This document shows, piece by piece, positions 1 to 9,333 of a stretch of DNA of 64,000 nt. This DNA is from a virus, in IMG/VR virus record IMGVR_UViG_3300031111_000001, positions 32,001 to 96,000 of that record. One strand, given 5' to 3'. Numbering within the stretch: position 1 is the first letter of the stretch; every line of letters begins with the position of its first letter. The position numbers were made by a program, and so were the translations under genes. A model generated the notes under the pieces. That model had not been told where the DNA came from, did not search any database, and worked only from the letters and a program-made list of their open reading frames with translations.

Positions 1-7
1 TGCCACG

Positions 8-1438
8 GTGACTTCCGAGTACTATAGCATCCCGCCCTTCGTCACCGCCGTTGAACTTGAGGAGATCAACGACCTTGAGGAAGACAAAGTGGTGACCAGC
101 ATCGCTATTGATTGGCCTGACGCCACTATGCCGGAAGGCTCCTTGGCGAAGGTGGTCAGGTACGAGGTGTTGCATTCTCTGGACGGCTCGACATGGGAAG
201 TCCTGACCAGCGTGAAGGGATCACAGTACACCTACCGGAACGTGGCCCGGAGCGTGGACCACTACTTCCTGATCAAGCCGTACACCAACTACGACAAAAC
301 CAACGAGATTGAGGCCAGTCGCTACGCGACCAGCTTTAAGATCACGCCGACCGGACAGGTGCCCACTCCAGACGCTGTCGAGGGCTTCATGGCCTACCAG
401 AACGGCGATATGGTCAAGTTCCGATGGGACGAAGTTACGAACACGAAAATCAAGTACTACGAAATCCGAGAGGGCAAGTGGGCACTTGGTAAAATCGTGC
501 GTCGCATCAAGGGTGACGAAACTGCGGCTTTTGTCGGTGAATCGGGCAACGTGACCTACTTCATCAAGGCTGTGAACATCAACGGGGTTTACTCTACTGA
601 AGCTACTTCATTCACGGTTTCCATTTACGATGATGGCAACAGGAACATCATCTTCACCAAAAGCGATGCAGATGATGGCTGGGACGGTGTCAAAAACAAT
701 GTCCAAGCCTCTGCTGGCGGTGATTTGGAGCTTCCGAATGGAGAAGAAGAGGGATATTACATCTCTGGCTATATTGACCTGACGGAAGCAGTGAAGTGCG
801 TGAACTACGTTACTTACAATCTGGAAGCCGTTGTCGGCAACATGGATTCATGGAGTGACGCGGATTACGCATGGAACGACGCAGACGCTGAATGGTACGA
901 TATCACCGACACCGATGGGGTTGGAGTTGAGCATCATATCAGCCTCTTTACGGAGTTGAGCGACGAGTTCGTCGATGTGGTCCGGTTGGCTGACAAAACA
1001 GAATCTGTCAGAGGGACCGAAGCCACGACTGCGGAGGGTATTGAATATGCCTCCGGTACGTTCCACAACGGAGCCGTGCAGCAGCTTGGGGCCATGCTGG
1101 ACTACGATATCTCGTTTCCCGAAAACTATAGCTTCATGTTCCGGCTACGCCTGGGTAATGTTCAACCCGGCTACATCGCGCACCTGAAGTCTGACACTGC
1201 CACGATGACCATCATAATGGTCCGTGAGGGTGTCTTCTGGCTGCGCACGGAAGATCACCAGTACATTGAAGTGAGCCTGACAGTGGAAGCCGATGACAAC
1301 CTGCTCTTTGGCATCGCCAAGAACGGCACTGACTTCCTGTTCTTCATTGGCAATATGACCAAACAAACGGCAAGCCATACCCACGGCGCACTGGCTTTCG
1401 GCACGCCGGATGGGTTCGTTTTCGGCAACGCCGTATAA
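8..1438 (+). CDS. Tail/host-specificity protein with fibronectin-III-like repeats (probably 5'-truncated by window edge)
   Basis: Acidic beta-rich ORF with FN3-like motifs (VKFRWDEV..YYEIREG..YFIKAVN); first gene of a tail cluster. Confidence 0.65.
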   Translation: MTSEYYSIPPFVTAVELEEINDLEEDKVVTSIAIDWPDATMPEGSLAKVVRYEVLHSLDGSTWEVLTSVKGSQYTYRNVARSVDHYFLIKPYTNYDKTNEIEASRYATSFKITPTGQVPTPDAVEGFMAYQNGDMVKFRWDEVTNTKIKYYEIREGKWALGKIVRRIKGDETAAFVGESGNVTYFIKAVNINGVYSTEATSFTVSIYDDGNRNIIFTKSDADDGWDGVKNNVQASAGGDLELPNGEEEGYYISGYIDLTEAVKCVNYVTYNLEAVVGNMDSWSDADYAWNDADAEWYDITDTDGVGVEHHISLFTELSDEFVDVVRLADKTESVRGTEATTAEGIEYASGTFHNGAVQQLGAMLDYDISFPENYSFMFRLRLGNVQPGYIAHLKSDTATMTIIMVREGVFWLRTEDHQYIEVSLTVEADDNLLFGIAKNGTDFLFFIGNMTKQTASHTHGALAFGTPDGFVFGNAV

Positions 1439-1461
1439 CACACAGTCAAGTTCCCAACACC

Positions 1462-1499
1462 GAGGGGCATCCGTTTACGCGGGTGCCCCTCTTATATTT
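1462..1499 (+). terminator. Intrinsic terminator-like hairpin
   Basis: GAGGGGCATCCG-tttacg-CGGGTGCCCCTC followed by a T-rich tail. Confidence 0.6.
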
Positions 1500-1516
1500 C
1501 AAATGGAGATTGAGAC

Positions 1517-1966
1517 ATGATCAAGGAGACTTTGAAGCTCGACGGCATGATGCGTGCCATCCTCACCAAGGCTGACGGAACCACCGAGAAGTTCACGAAA
1601 CACAATTTGATTGTGGACGATGGCGTGGACCTGATCTGCGACTGCCTATCCAAAGGCACGGATCGCCCGGCTGTGGCTGATTACATCGCTGTGGGCACGG
1701 ACGACACTGCCGTGACCGCCGACGACACTGCCCTGGGTTCCGAACTGACCCGGCTCCAGGCCACCTACGGCCACGCCGCTGGAACCGCCAGCTTCACCCT
1801 GACGGCTACCTTCAATGCCGGTGTTGCCACCGGAGCTATCGTGGAAGCGGGCGTGATTAACGCCTCTTCAGGCGGCTCCATGCTTGACCGCGTGGTTTTC
1901 CCTGTCATCAACAAGGAAGCCAACGACGTTTTGACCGTGACTTTCACATTCACTCTGACCATTTAG
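1517..1966 (+). CDS. Virion structural (tail/baseplate-associated) protein
   Basis: NLIVD.G, YIAVGT..TA....DTAL, EAGVIN, FPVINK pattern typical of small phage tail proteins; GGAG RBS. Confidence 0.65.
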   Translation: MIKETLKLDGMMRAILTKADGTTEKFTKHNLIVDDGVDLICDCLSKGTDRPAVADYIAVGTDDTAVTADDTALGSELTRLQATYGHAAGTASFTLTATFNAGVATGAIVEAGVINASSGGSMLDRVVFPVINKEANDVLTVTFTFTLTI

Positions 1967-1978
1967 TGGGGTGATTTC

Positions 1979-2944
1979 ATGAGCGTGGACATTTCGTCCC
2001 GACTCATCAACCTCATTTGGAGCCACCCCGTCATTTGGGAAAATGCTACAATGACGTGGGCTGAAGCTGAAATCGAAGATCACCTTCTCAATGTTGGCGA
2101 AGCTATTCCCATCACAGACGCAAAAGCTGCGGAGATTGCCAAGGCGATCTCCCAGCAATTCTCTGCTGGGGATATGTTCGACCGCGTTGTGGTTGTAAGC
2201 CGTGGCTTCGGAGAAAGTCTTGCGTTGACCGGAGAGTACGCCAGAGCGTTTTTCAAGGCCATCGAGGATGATTTCGCGGCTGGAGGTGCAGTCACGAAGG
2301 CTGGTTCCAAGGCGTTGATAGAGTCGGCAACCGTTGCTGAGAATGAAACTGACCCAACCGATTACCGCCGACACTATTACGAGTCTTTTCAGGTTGCCGA
2401 CGCCATCGTCAAGCATTTGGAAAAGAGACGCACCCAAAACATTACCCTGGTTGACTCGTTTATCGGGCCGAACGTGCCGGGGGTCATCTCCGACGTTGCG
2501 ATCAAAAACACCATCGTCACCGAGGGACAAATCGATCCCATGGTAAACAAGGGATCGGCTTTTGGTTTTGGCGACTGGATTCCTTTTGTGGACGGTGAGT
2601 ACTACTACCGCGAAGCATTGTTCAAGATGACAATCAAGAACACAAAAACAGGCACCATCAATAGTGTCAAAATTCCAAGCCACAAGTTGACTTGCGATGT
2701 CTATGAGATCGTGGACAAAGGCAGTGGGGCAATCAGTAGTTCTAATGCTGATGGCACTGAAATCAGTTTCAACAAAACTTTTCGGCAAGCACCCATTGTT
2801 ACTCTGACGCTTTCTACAAGCCCGGATGGGTTTTGTGTGCCACAAATTGTTAGCGTTTCTAGCAGTTCTGTGACGGTTAAACTCGTAAAACCTGATGGCA
2901 CATTGGCTACCGGCGGCGTTATGTGGAACGCAGTTGGATTTTAA
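1979..2944 (+). CDS. Tail-associated protein with C-terminal lectin-like beta domain
   Basis: C-terminus ISFNKTFRQAPIVTLT...VMWNAVGF resembles the H-lectin-like ends of tail fibres; gene context. Confidence 0.55.
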   Translation: MSVDISSRLINLIWSHPVIWENATMTWAEAEIEDHLLNVGEAIPITDAKAAEIAKAISQQFSAGDMFDRVVVVSRGFGESLALTGEYARAFFKAIEDDFAAGGAVTKAGSKALIESATVAENETDPTDYRRHYYESFQVADAIVKHLEKRRTQNITLVDSFIGPNVPGVISDVAIKNTIVTEGQIDPMVNKGSAFGFGDWIPFVDGEYYYREALFKMTIKNTKTGTINSVKIPSHKLTCDVYEIVDKGSGAISSSNADGTEISFNKTFRQAPIVTLTLSTSPDGFCVPQIVSVSSSSVTVKLVKPDGTLATGGVMWNAVGF

Positions 2945-2965
2945 TTTCTGAGACAGGAGAACACA

Positions 2966-3502
2966 ATGGCTCAGGCCTATTACGATATTCCCAATACTGA
3001 GGCTTTGAAGGATTCGCATCCGAAAATTGTTGCGAATTTTGGAACCTTGCGGTCCAGCTTTGAGGGAGATGCTGCCCCGGATGATCCCGTTAAAGGTCAG
3101 CGGGCGTTCGTGAATGGTGTTTGGCAGACATGGGATGGCTCCGTATGGAAGACCGACCCCGAACTGCACAATCACGACGACAGATACTACACCGAGACAG
3201 AAACCGATACTCTGTTGGCCGACAAATCCAATACCGACCATACGCATGACGACAGATACTACACCGAGACAGAAACCGATGCTCTGTTGGCCGACAAATC
3301 CGACGATGGTCACGTTCACGATTCCCGATACTATACTGAATCAGAGGTTGACTCTGCTTTGGCCGGGAAGTCTGACACAACTCACGACCACGATACCCGG
3401 TACGCAGCCTCCTTCACCATTTCCAACGGGCAACTGACGCTGAAGGATGCGGACGGGAACGTATTGCAGGGGCCGGTGAACATCTATGCTCGATACGCAT
3501 AG
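2966..3502 (+). CDS. Tail fibre protein with HxHD(D/S)RYY repeats
   Basis: About 3.3 copies of a 25-aa repeat HxHDDRYYTETETDxLLADKS; AGGAG RBS. Confidence 0.7.
   Translation: MAQAYYDIPNTEALKDSHPKIVANFGTLRSSFEGDAAPDDPVKGQRAFVNGVWQTWDGSVWKTDPELHNHDDRYYTETETDTLLADKSNTDHTHDDRYYTETETDALLADKSDDGHVHDSRYYTESEVDSALAGKSDTTHDHDTRYAASFTISNGQLTLKDADGNVLQGPVNIYARYA
3167..3403 (+). repeat. 75-bp intragenic tandem repeat
   Basis: gacgacagatactacaccgagacagaaaccgat..ctctgttggccgacaaatcc occurs twice nearly identically, followed by diverged copies. Confidence 0.85.
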
Positions 3503-3511
3503 GAGGGCTGC

Positions 3512-4519
3512 ATGACTGACCTTTCTTCATTCAACGGGTCTGACATCACCTACAGCGCCGATATCAAGGCTCTCAACAATTTGGCCAACTCTAAATGTAG
3601 TGAAGCTGGTGTGACTGGCACCGGCCTTAACAACGCATATTTGGACGTTGGCGACATCATCTACGCTTCACATATCAACCAAATTATCAACGCCTATCGT
3701 CGTGCATGGGACGCATCAAGCAATGCACCCGGAACGAAACAAAGTGCTGTCTCTCAAAATGCCCTTATTGATAACGCTGTGTACTACCATATGTGGTACC
3801 AGTTGAACGATATGGAATTTGGTCTTCCGGTTGTTGAATCTGGGGCCAGCACTACGATTTATGTAATTGAACCAGCAAATGGGCTGTTGGGCACTGGTGG
3901 AAATCTTTCTACCACAAACCGGACCCTTCAGGACCACGGAGTTGCGTCGGTTTCTGATGGATATAGGGTTTACCCAGCAAACACGTATCTTTACAGCTAT
4001 ACGGCTAGAGTTGCCAATGCACTTGAGGGCGCAAGCAAGTGGTGCTACTTGACCCAGCTAAAAATCAACTCATCGTTCTCGAGTGGGCGCATGGTTGCCA
4101 CTTCGTTTTCCATTAGAAATAATCTTGGAAAGCCGCTGTCGATAAACTACACTTGTGGCACGGCGTATGGTGGAATTTTATATTCCATGATTAACTACAT
4201 GCCCAATCGTGATCCGTGCCAGACTTACACAAATATCGACACTGGCCGTTATTGGCCGGTTGGACAAGACCTTTGGCTTGCTGTTTGGTATGATGGAACC
4301 TCCGTCAAGATGGGCTGGAAAACTGGAGCCAAGCCAAAAGCGTGGGGTGACTTCCTTTCCGCAAATAGAAGGGACTCAGGTTGCAATCCTGGTGTTCTGA
4401 ACAATTTGGATTTCACAACCTCCGACAATATTCACGTTGCTAGTGCAAGCGGCACCGGATGTTCGGTTGGGGTCAAATCATACACTCTCGCTAAAAATGT
4501 GGATATCACAGGCTCATAA
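3512..4519 (+). CDS. Putative receptor-binding/tail fibre protein
   Basis: S/T/N/G/Y-rich ORF, visibly more AT-rich than neighbours, at the end of the tail module. Confidence 0.55.
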   Translation: MTDLSSFNGSDITYSADIKALNNLANSKCSEAGVTGTGLNNAYLDVGDIIYASHINQIINAYRRAWDASSNAPGTKQSAVSQNALIDNAVYYHMWYQLNDMEFGLPVVESGASTTIYVIEPANGLLGTGGNLSTTNRTLQDHGVASVSDGYRVYPANTYLYSYTARVANALEGASKWCYLTQLKINSSFSSGRMVATSFSIRNNLGKPLSINYTCGTAYGGILYSMINYMPNRDPCQTYTNIDTGRYWPVGQDLWLAVWYDGTSVKMGWKTGAKPKAWGDFLSANRRDSGCNPGVLNNLDFTTSDNIHVASASGTGCSVGVKSYTLAKNVDITGS

Positions 4520-4528
4520 GAGGCGACT

Positions 4529-4873
4529 ATGAACTTACAACTTCCAGATGGATGGACCCTCAAAGAGGACCAATACGGCAATGACGGCGTGTTTGCCCGC
4601 TGCTCCTTCAAGGACAAAACCATCACCATAACGGTTCCGTGGTATCTCCGACCGCTCAAGCGGTGGATTCTGCTTCACGAATTGGGTCACGCCAACGGAA
4701 TACCCCAGGACTGCTCCGACAAAACCTGCATCATGTACGGAACCCCCGGTAACGATGGGTGGCATGAGAAGGTGTCTGTTCTGGCCCGCCTGTGGGGCCG
4801 CGTGAAGCGGGGCGATTGGTTCTGCAAACGGTGCCGCAACTGCCTCCGGGCGTACAAAAAGTTCGGGGTGTAG
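4529..4873 (+). CDS. Small zincin-like metallopeptidase
   Basis: HELGHANG motif, then C....CIM and FCKRC (archaemetzincin-like pattern). Confidence 0.65.
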   Translation: MNLQLPDGWTLKEDQYGNDGVFARCSFKDKTITITVPWYLRPLKRWILLHELGHANGIPQDCSDKTCIMYGTPGNDGWHEKVSVLARLWGRVKRGDWFCKRCRNCLRAYKKFGV

Positions 4874-4922
4874 CCATCTACACAGGCTGGCCCATGTAAT
4901 AGGCTAAATCCCTAGACAAATT

Positions 4923-4956
4923 AAAGGGTCACCTTTCGGGGTGACCCTTTTCTTTT
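4923..4956 (+). terminator. Intrinsic terminator
   Basis: AAAGGGTCACCT-ttcg-GGGTGACCCTTT followed by TCTTTT. Confidence 0.75.
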
Positions 4957-4959
4957 GGA

Positions 4960-5334
4960 GTGAGAGACATGAAAAATTATTTTCCCGACAATGAGTTGCA
5001 GTGCCCATGCTGCGGAAAACTCAATTTTTCCAAAGATACCAAACTCAAACTGAATCTTGCCCGCGCTCTGGCCGGGATTCCGTTCATTCTCAATTCTGCG
5101 TGCCGCTGCAAAGCCCACAACACCGAGGTGGGCGGCAAAGAAAACTCCTCGCACCTTTGCGAAGGGCAGGAATGCACCGCCGTGGATATCAAAGCAACCA
5201 CTTCCAGACAACGCTATCTCATTCTCGCTGCCCTGATCGGGGCGGGGTTTAATCGCATCGGCATTGCGAAGACATTCGTCCACGCCGACGCAGACCCCAC
5301 CAAGGACGAGAAGGTGATTTGGCTTTACACGTAG
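4960..5334 (+). CDS. Endolysin, peptidase M15A family
   Basis: CPCCG, SACRCKAHNTEVGG..NSSHL..AVDI, RIGIAKTFVHAD motifs. Confidence 0.85.
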   Translation: MRDMKNYFPDNELQCPCCGKLNFSKDTKLKLNLARALAGIPFILNSACRCKAHNTEVGGKENSSHLCEGQECTAVDIKATTSRQRYLILAALIGAGFNRIGIAKTFVHADADPTKDEKVIWLYT

Positions 5335-5343
5335 GAGCGCAAT

Positions 5344-5850
5344 GTGACCGCCAGAAAAATCAACGAGCAACTGCGCCTCCGCAAGAAGCGTCTGGAGCGT
5401 GCCGGGTTGCTTCCTCACAATGAAACTTGGCTGGAGTTCTACAATCGGACCAATGGCACCGAGAAGATCGTCAACCCCGAGTTTACGGCCTGGACCACAA
5501 ACAACCCCGATGGCTGGACGGTTCCGTCTGAGAGTCATGACGAGGTTGATCCCGAGTTTTACATTTCTGAACACAACGGGAAAGCCAAGTTCGTCGCCAC
5601 GGACATCGGAGTTGCCTCGATGCATCAGGCGGACATCTTTGCCGCCGACAAAGAATATTCCGTGATCGTGGACGTGCGGACTATCACCGAGGACGGCGAG
5701 TTCCGCGTCTATTGCGGAGCCCTGCTGACCCAGATCACCGTGCCGGGCTACTACGTTTTCGACGTGAGCGGCCAGACCGGCAACTTTCAAATTCGAACTG
5801 AAGGACCGTGTGAGGTTGTGGTCGCCAAGGCCAGCGTCACCGAGTTCTAG
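5344..5850 (+). CDS. Hypothetical protein, possible carbohydrate-binding beta-sandwich
   Basis: IVNPEF..WT...PDGWT pattern reminiscent of CBM4/9-like domains; AGGAG RBS. Confidence 0.5.
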   Translation: MTARKINEQLRLRKKRLERAGLLPHNETWLEFYNRTNGTEKIVNPEFTAWTTNNPDGWTVPSESHDEVDPEFYISEHNGKAKFVATDIGVASMHQADIFAADKEYSVIVDVRTITEDGEFRVYCGALLTQITVPGYYVFDVSGQTGNFQIRTEGPCEVVVAKASVTEF

Positions 5851-5861
5851 GAGTATATCAA

Positions 5862-6419
5862 ATGTTTGGAATCGCAAGCATTGTGGGGCTTTTGGCCTCC
5901 AAAGGCATCGACATGCTGTCGGATTGTATCGGCAACGCCACCGAGAAGGGCGTCGAGGCGATCACCGACAAAGTCAAGGAAGTGACGGGCATCGACCTGT
6001 CCAACAAGGAAGAGGTTGCCAGTCTCACCCCGGAGCAGGCCCTGGAACTCAAGAAGTTTGAGACGCAGCACGCCGAGTTCTTGCTGGAAATGCGCGTCAA
6101 GGAGGCCAAGCTCTATCTGGAGGACCGGCAAGACGCCCGCGACATGCAGAAAACAGCCCTGAAGCAGGACGACAAGTTCTCCAAACGGTTTGTCCCGGTT
6201 TTGGGCGCGGCTGTGATCCTCGTCTGCCTGGGCTACGCCGTGGCGATCACTTTCATCCCCATCCCCGAGAACAACATCCGCTTCGCCGACACCACCCTTG
6301 GCTTCGCCTTGGGCACCGGCATCGCGACCATTCTGAACTTCTTCTTCGGAACCTCCCACAAGCGGGAGAGCGGCGAGATCGAAGCTGCCGTGGCGTCCAT
6401 CGCCCAGCAGAACAAATAG
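5862..6419 (+). CDS. Holin-like protein
   Basis: EDRQDARDMQ motif followed by two hydrophobic helices and ILNFFFGTS; adjacent to endolysin. Confidence 0.75.
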   Translation: MFGIASIVGLLASKGIDMLSDCIGNATEKGVEAITDKVKEVTGIDLSNKEEVASLTPEQALELKKFETQHAEFLLEMRVKEAKLYLEDRQDARDMQKTALKQDDKFSKRFVPVLGAAVILVCLGYAVAITFIPIPENNIRFADTTLGFALGTGIATILNFFFGTSHKRESGEIEAAVASIAQQNK

Positions 6420-6543
6420 CACATTCACAGACCGCTCTCACTCGCCCTCTGGGCGCGTTTAGCTCCGAATCCGACCTCCGGGTTGGGCCGGGTCCGCAAA
6501 ACGCCTCAGAGGGCGTTTTCTGTGGGGCGAACGAAGGACGACC

Positions 6544-7314
6544 ATGAATATTTCGCAATACAATTTCGACAAGGATATCCGGGTTATCAATATTGGCGAT
6601 GTACACCGGGGCGATCATTGCTGCGACACGGAACTGCTGTACAAGCACATCGACCTAATCGCCAAGGACGAGAACACATTTTGGTTGTCCACGGGCGACC
6701 TCCTAAACACCGCGACACGGGGCGGGAGACATGACAGCATCCACGGCAGCGACATTCTGGAGACGGAGTTCGACAACATTTGTGATGAACTGGCTCCGAT
6801 TGCTGACAAATGCTTGGGCGTCGTTTCCTCCAACCACCCTCACCGTGTCAAGAATCTCACCGGCCTCGATCTCGACAAGGTGATGTGCAAGCAGCTTGGG
6901 ATTCCCTACTTGGGGGACTTCGGCACGCTGAACGTCACTTGCGGGCGATGCAGCTATTTCATCGTCATGCACCACGGTTCGCCGGGTGGCGGCGGGCGCA
7001 TGAAGGGGGCCAAGATCAACGCCCTCGACGGCATGAGCGGCATCATCCAGGGGGCCGACATTTATCTGACCGGCCACACACATCAGTACATGACGCATAT
7101 CAACGAACGGTGCTTCGTGGACCGGAAGCGGAACATAGTGTCCTACCAGAAGGTCTACTTCAATACCTGTGCCCACTACCTGTCGTGGGACGACTCCTAC
7201 GCTCAGAGGTTGCGGCTTGGCCCGGCCCCCAAGGGCGCGACGGAGATCAAGCTGGGCGCATCCATGAACGGGCAGAACTCCAACAAGCGCGTGGAAATCA
7301 ACCTGCTCTCCTAA
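6544..7314 (+). CDS. Calcineurin-like metallophosphoesterase
   Basis: GDVH, TGDLL, SNH, HHG and GHTH motifs. Confidence 0.85.
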   Translation: MNISQYNFDKDIRVINIGDVHRGDHCCDTELLYKHIDLIAKDENTFWLSTGDLLNTATRGGRHDSIHGSDILETEFDNICDELAPIADKCLGVVSSNHPHRVKNLTGLDLDKVMCKQLGIPYLGDFGTLNVTCGRCSYFIVMHHGSPGGGGRMKGAKINALDGMSGIIQGADIYLTGHTHQYMTHINERCFVDRKRNIVSYQKVYFNTCAHYLSWDDSYAQRLRLGPAPKGATEIKLGASMNGQNSNKRVEINLLS

Positions 7315-7542
7315 TTTCCTGTCTCACTCCATGGGTGGGGTGGTCCTCTTCGGGGGATCGCCCCTATCCATCCTATCACTTCTGACACGGTTGGGGCCTC
7401 CAATCGTATCATCCTTCGGGTTTCTTCAACCCACCAAAGAAAAAAGTCATTTTTCCTACATAGGGTTTGCAAAGGGTTAAAATCTGAGCTTCAGAAACAA
7501 CAAAACCCCTTGCTTTCACAAGGGGTTACGCTTCCGAGTATT

Positions 7543-7585
7543 TCAGCTTGGGAAGCTGACACTCTACCAACTGAGTTACACCCGC
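7543..7585 (-). other. attP core candidate: 5' half of tRNA-Gly(CCC)
   Basis: Minus strand GCGGGTG-TA-ACTC-AGTTGGTA-GAGT-G-TCAGC-TTCCCAA-GCTGA gives acceptor 5' strand, D arm and anticodon arm; no T arm or 3' acceptor follows; ~195 bp upstream of integrase. Confidence 0.8.
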
Positions 7586-7663
7586 TCAGTCTCACCTTGT
7601 CCTTGAATTTCGGCTATTTAGCTTTCCATCCAAGGTTCACCGTTGCCGGTGGCTGTTCCTCTG

Positions 7664-7690
7664 AATCGGATCAAATCGGATCAAATCGGA
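7664..7690. repeat. Tandem 10-bp repeats, candidate integrase arm-type sites
   Basis: AATCGGATCA-AATCGGATCA-AATCGGA; a 1-mismatch copy AATCGTATCA lies at 7402-7411 on the other side of the tRNA fragment. Confidence 0.6.
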
Positions 7691-7712
7691 GGAACAGGGT
7701 TATAATTTCGGG

Positions 7713-7740
7713 TTGACATTTCCGCGTCAAGGGTTATTAC
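7713..7740 (+). promoter_or_regulatory. Putative sigma70 promoter of integrase
   Basis: TTGACA-N16-TATTAC, 40 bp before the integrase ATG. Confidence 0.45.
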
Positions 7741-7780
7741 GCAGTCAACCAGCCCGGAAACCGCGACCACGGAGGCTCAA

Positions 7781-9067
7781 ATGGCTGGACGACTCAAATT
7801 CAACCTGAACAGCTACCCTTGCGGGAAAACCGTCCTCGTCTACCCCGACCACAAGGAGTGGGCTGGGATTCGCATCAGAAGGACGCTCGACGGAAAGGAC
7901 GCAGCCTTCACGTTCACGTATAAAGACCACGCGAACAAAACCAAATCCGGGCACGCCGGTCTTCTCAGCGAGGGGGCAACCCCCACAAGTGCCCGCGACA
8001 GGAAGCGAGAGAAGGTAGCCCGGATCAAGCGAGAACGCAAGGGCCATCCTTTGATGCCTCCCACAAGCAAGGGGATGACGTTTAGCGAACTCTGGGCCGA
8101 ATATCAAGCCTCCAGGCCGACCAGAACCGTAAATCATGACGGCCAGTACTATGAAGGCTATCTTTTGCCGTGGTTTAAGAAGGATTTCAAGGTGGTTAAT
8201 TTCACCGCCCCTACTATCGAATCGTACAGCAAACACCTTGTGGATAACGATCCGATGGCCTTTCAGACCATGGAACACATCTTGAGTGCCCTGCATCGAA
8301 TCGTCCACTTCGGGGCCAACTTGGGCGCGATCCCAAGCCCGCCCGACAAAAAGTCGTACAAGGTTGAAGAGGCTATCGATAATGAGCGCGAGAGGTATCT
8401 CGATCCCGATAAGGAAGAAATCGATATTCTTTACGAGGGGATATGTGAGGCGACGGTTGGGGACTGGCTGTACCAGTTGGTCCGCACGTCGTTGGTGACG
8501 GGGATGCGGAAAGGCGAGTTGCTCATGATGATGCCCGACTGGATCGACTTCAAGGCCAACCGAATCGACATTCCCGCCTTTGATAGGTTCGGCAGGATCA
8601 CCAAGAACAAGAAGGGAAGGTTCACATTCTTCGACGATAAACAGGCGGTATTCCTTGAGGAACGAGCCCATACTAACCCTAGAGAGTTGATCTTCGCGAC
8701 CAAGACGGGGAACAGGATTTACCCGGCGAATGTGGACAGGGCCATGAACAAGGCAGCGTTCCTCTTCAACGAGGAATTGAAGGCCACCCTGGATGACGCT
8801 GAAGAGCAGTACAAAAAGAAGACCATCGACGCCTCGCGGCTTCGATTTGAGCGGGCCTACTACCGAAAGTGGGCCGTGGTATTTCACACCTTGAGGCACA
8901 CCTACGCGACCATTCAGGTGTCGAGTGGGGTGCCCATCGAAATGGTGGGAGCCACTATGGGGCATAGTAGCGAAAGGATCACGCGGCGGTATGGGAAGTT
9001 CATTCCCGGCAGCGTGCAGAAGTTCCAACTTGCCGGGCATGCCGCGCTCAAGCGGCACGGGCTATAA
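7781..9067 (+). CDS. int: Tyrosine recombinase / phage integrase
   Basis: TGMRKGELL (R), TKNK (K), FHTLRHTYAT (HxxR), MGHS, TRRY (Y) catalytic motifs; GGAGG RBS. Confidence 0.95.
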   Translation: MAGRLKFNLNSYPCGKTVLVYPDHKEWAGIRIRRTLDGKDAAFTFTYKDHANKTKSGHAGLLSEGATPTSARDRKREKVARIKRERKGHPLMPPTSKGMTFSELWAEYQASRPTRTVNHDGQYYEGYLLPWFKKDFKVVNFTAPTIESYSKHLVDNDPMAFQTMEHILSALHRIVHFGANLGAIPSPPDKKSYKVEEAIDNERERYLDPDKEEIDILYEGICEATVGDWLYQLVRTSLVTGMRKGELLMMMPDWIDFKANRIDIPAFDRFGRITKNKKGRFTFFDDKQAVFLEERAHTNPRELIFATKTGNRIYPANVDRAMNKAAFLFNEELKATLDDAEEQYKKKTIDASRLRFERAYYRKWAVVFHTLRHTYATIQVSSGVPIEMVGATMGHSSERITRRYGKFIPGSVQKFQLAGHAALKRHGL

Positions 9068-9245
9068 GAGGGTGCCCGTTCTTGAGGAATTTTTCGATGT
9101 CGTCGCGATGGTAGCGGATTGACCGGCCAGCGCGGCTGAACTCCGGGCCGATGCCATCGTGCCGCCAGCGGTACAAGGTGTCGGTCTTCAAACCCCAGAT
9201 CGCTTCCACCTCCTTGGGTGAGAAGTATTGCCTTTCAAAGACCAT
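9048..9245 (-). CDS. Excisionase-like HTH protein
   Basis: 65 aa with YFSPKEVEAIWGLKTDTLYRWR...GPEF...IRY pattern; convergent with integrase. Confidence 0.8.
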   Translation of the reverse strand: MVFERQYFSPKEVEAIWGLKTDTLYRWRHDGIGPEFSRAGRSIRYHRDDIEKFLKNGHPLIARAA

Positions 9246-9254
9246 AGTCCCTCC

Positions 9255-9286
9255 AAAAAGAGGGCAGGGATTTGACTCCCTGCCCT
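9255..9286 (-). terminator. Intrinsic terminator directly upstream of the xis RBS
   Basis: AGGGCAGGGA-gtcaaa-TCCCTGCCCT-CTTTTT on the minus strand. Confidence 0.7.
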
Positions 9287-9333
9287 ATTGCTATTTGTTT
9301 GATATCATTGAAGAAAATGTTTCACGGGAAACA

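Noticed and set aside
2966-4519. Diversity-generating retroelement acting on the fibre repeats
   Set aside because: The repeats are in-frame tandem coding units, with no reverse transcriptase or separate template repeat in the window.
7543-7585. Complete phage tRNA-Gly, or an attL/attR prophage boundary
   Set aside because: No T arm or 3' acceptor follows, and phage genes lie on both sides.
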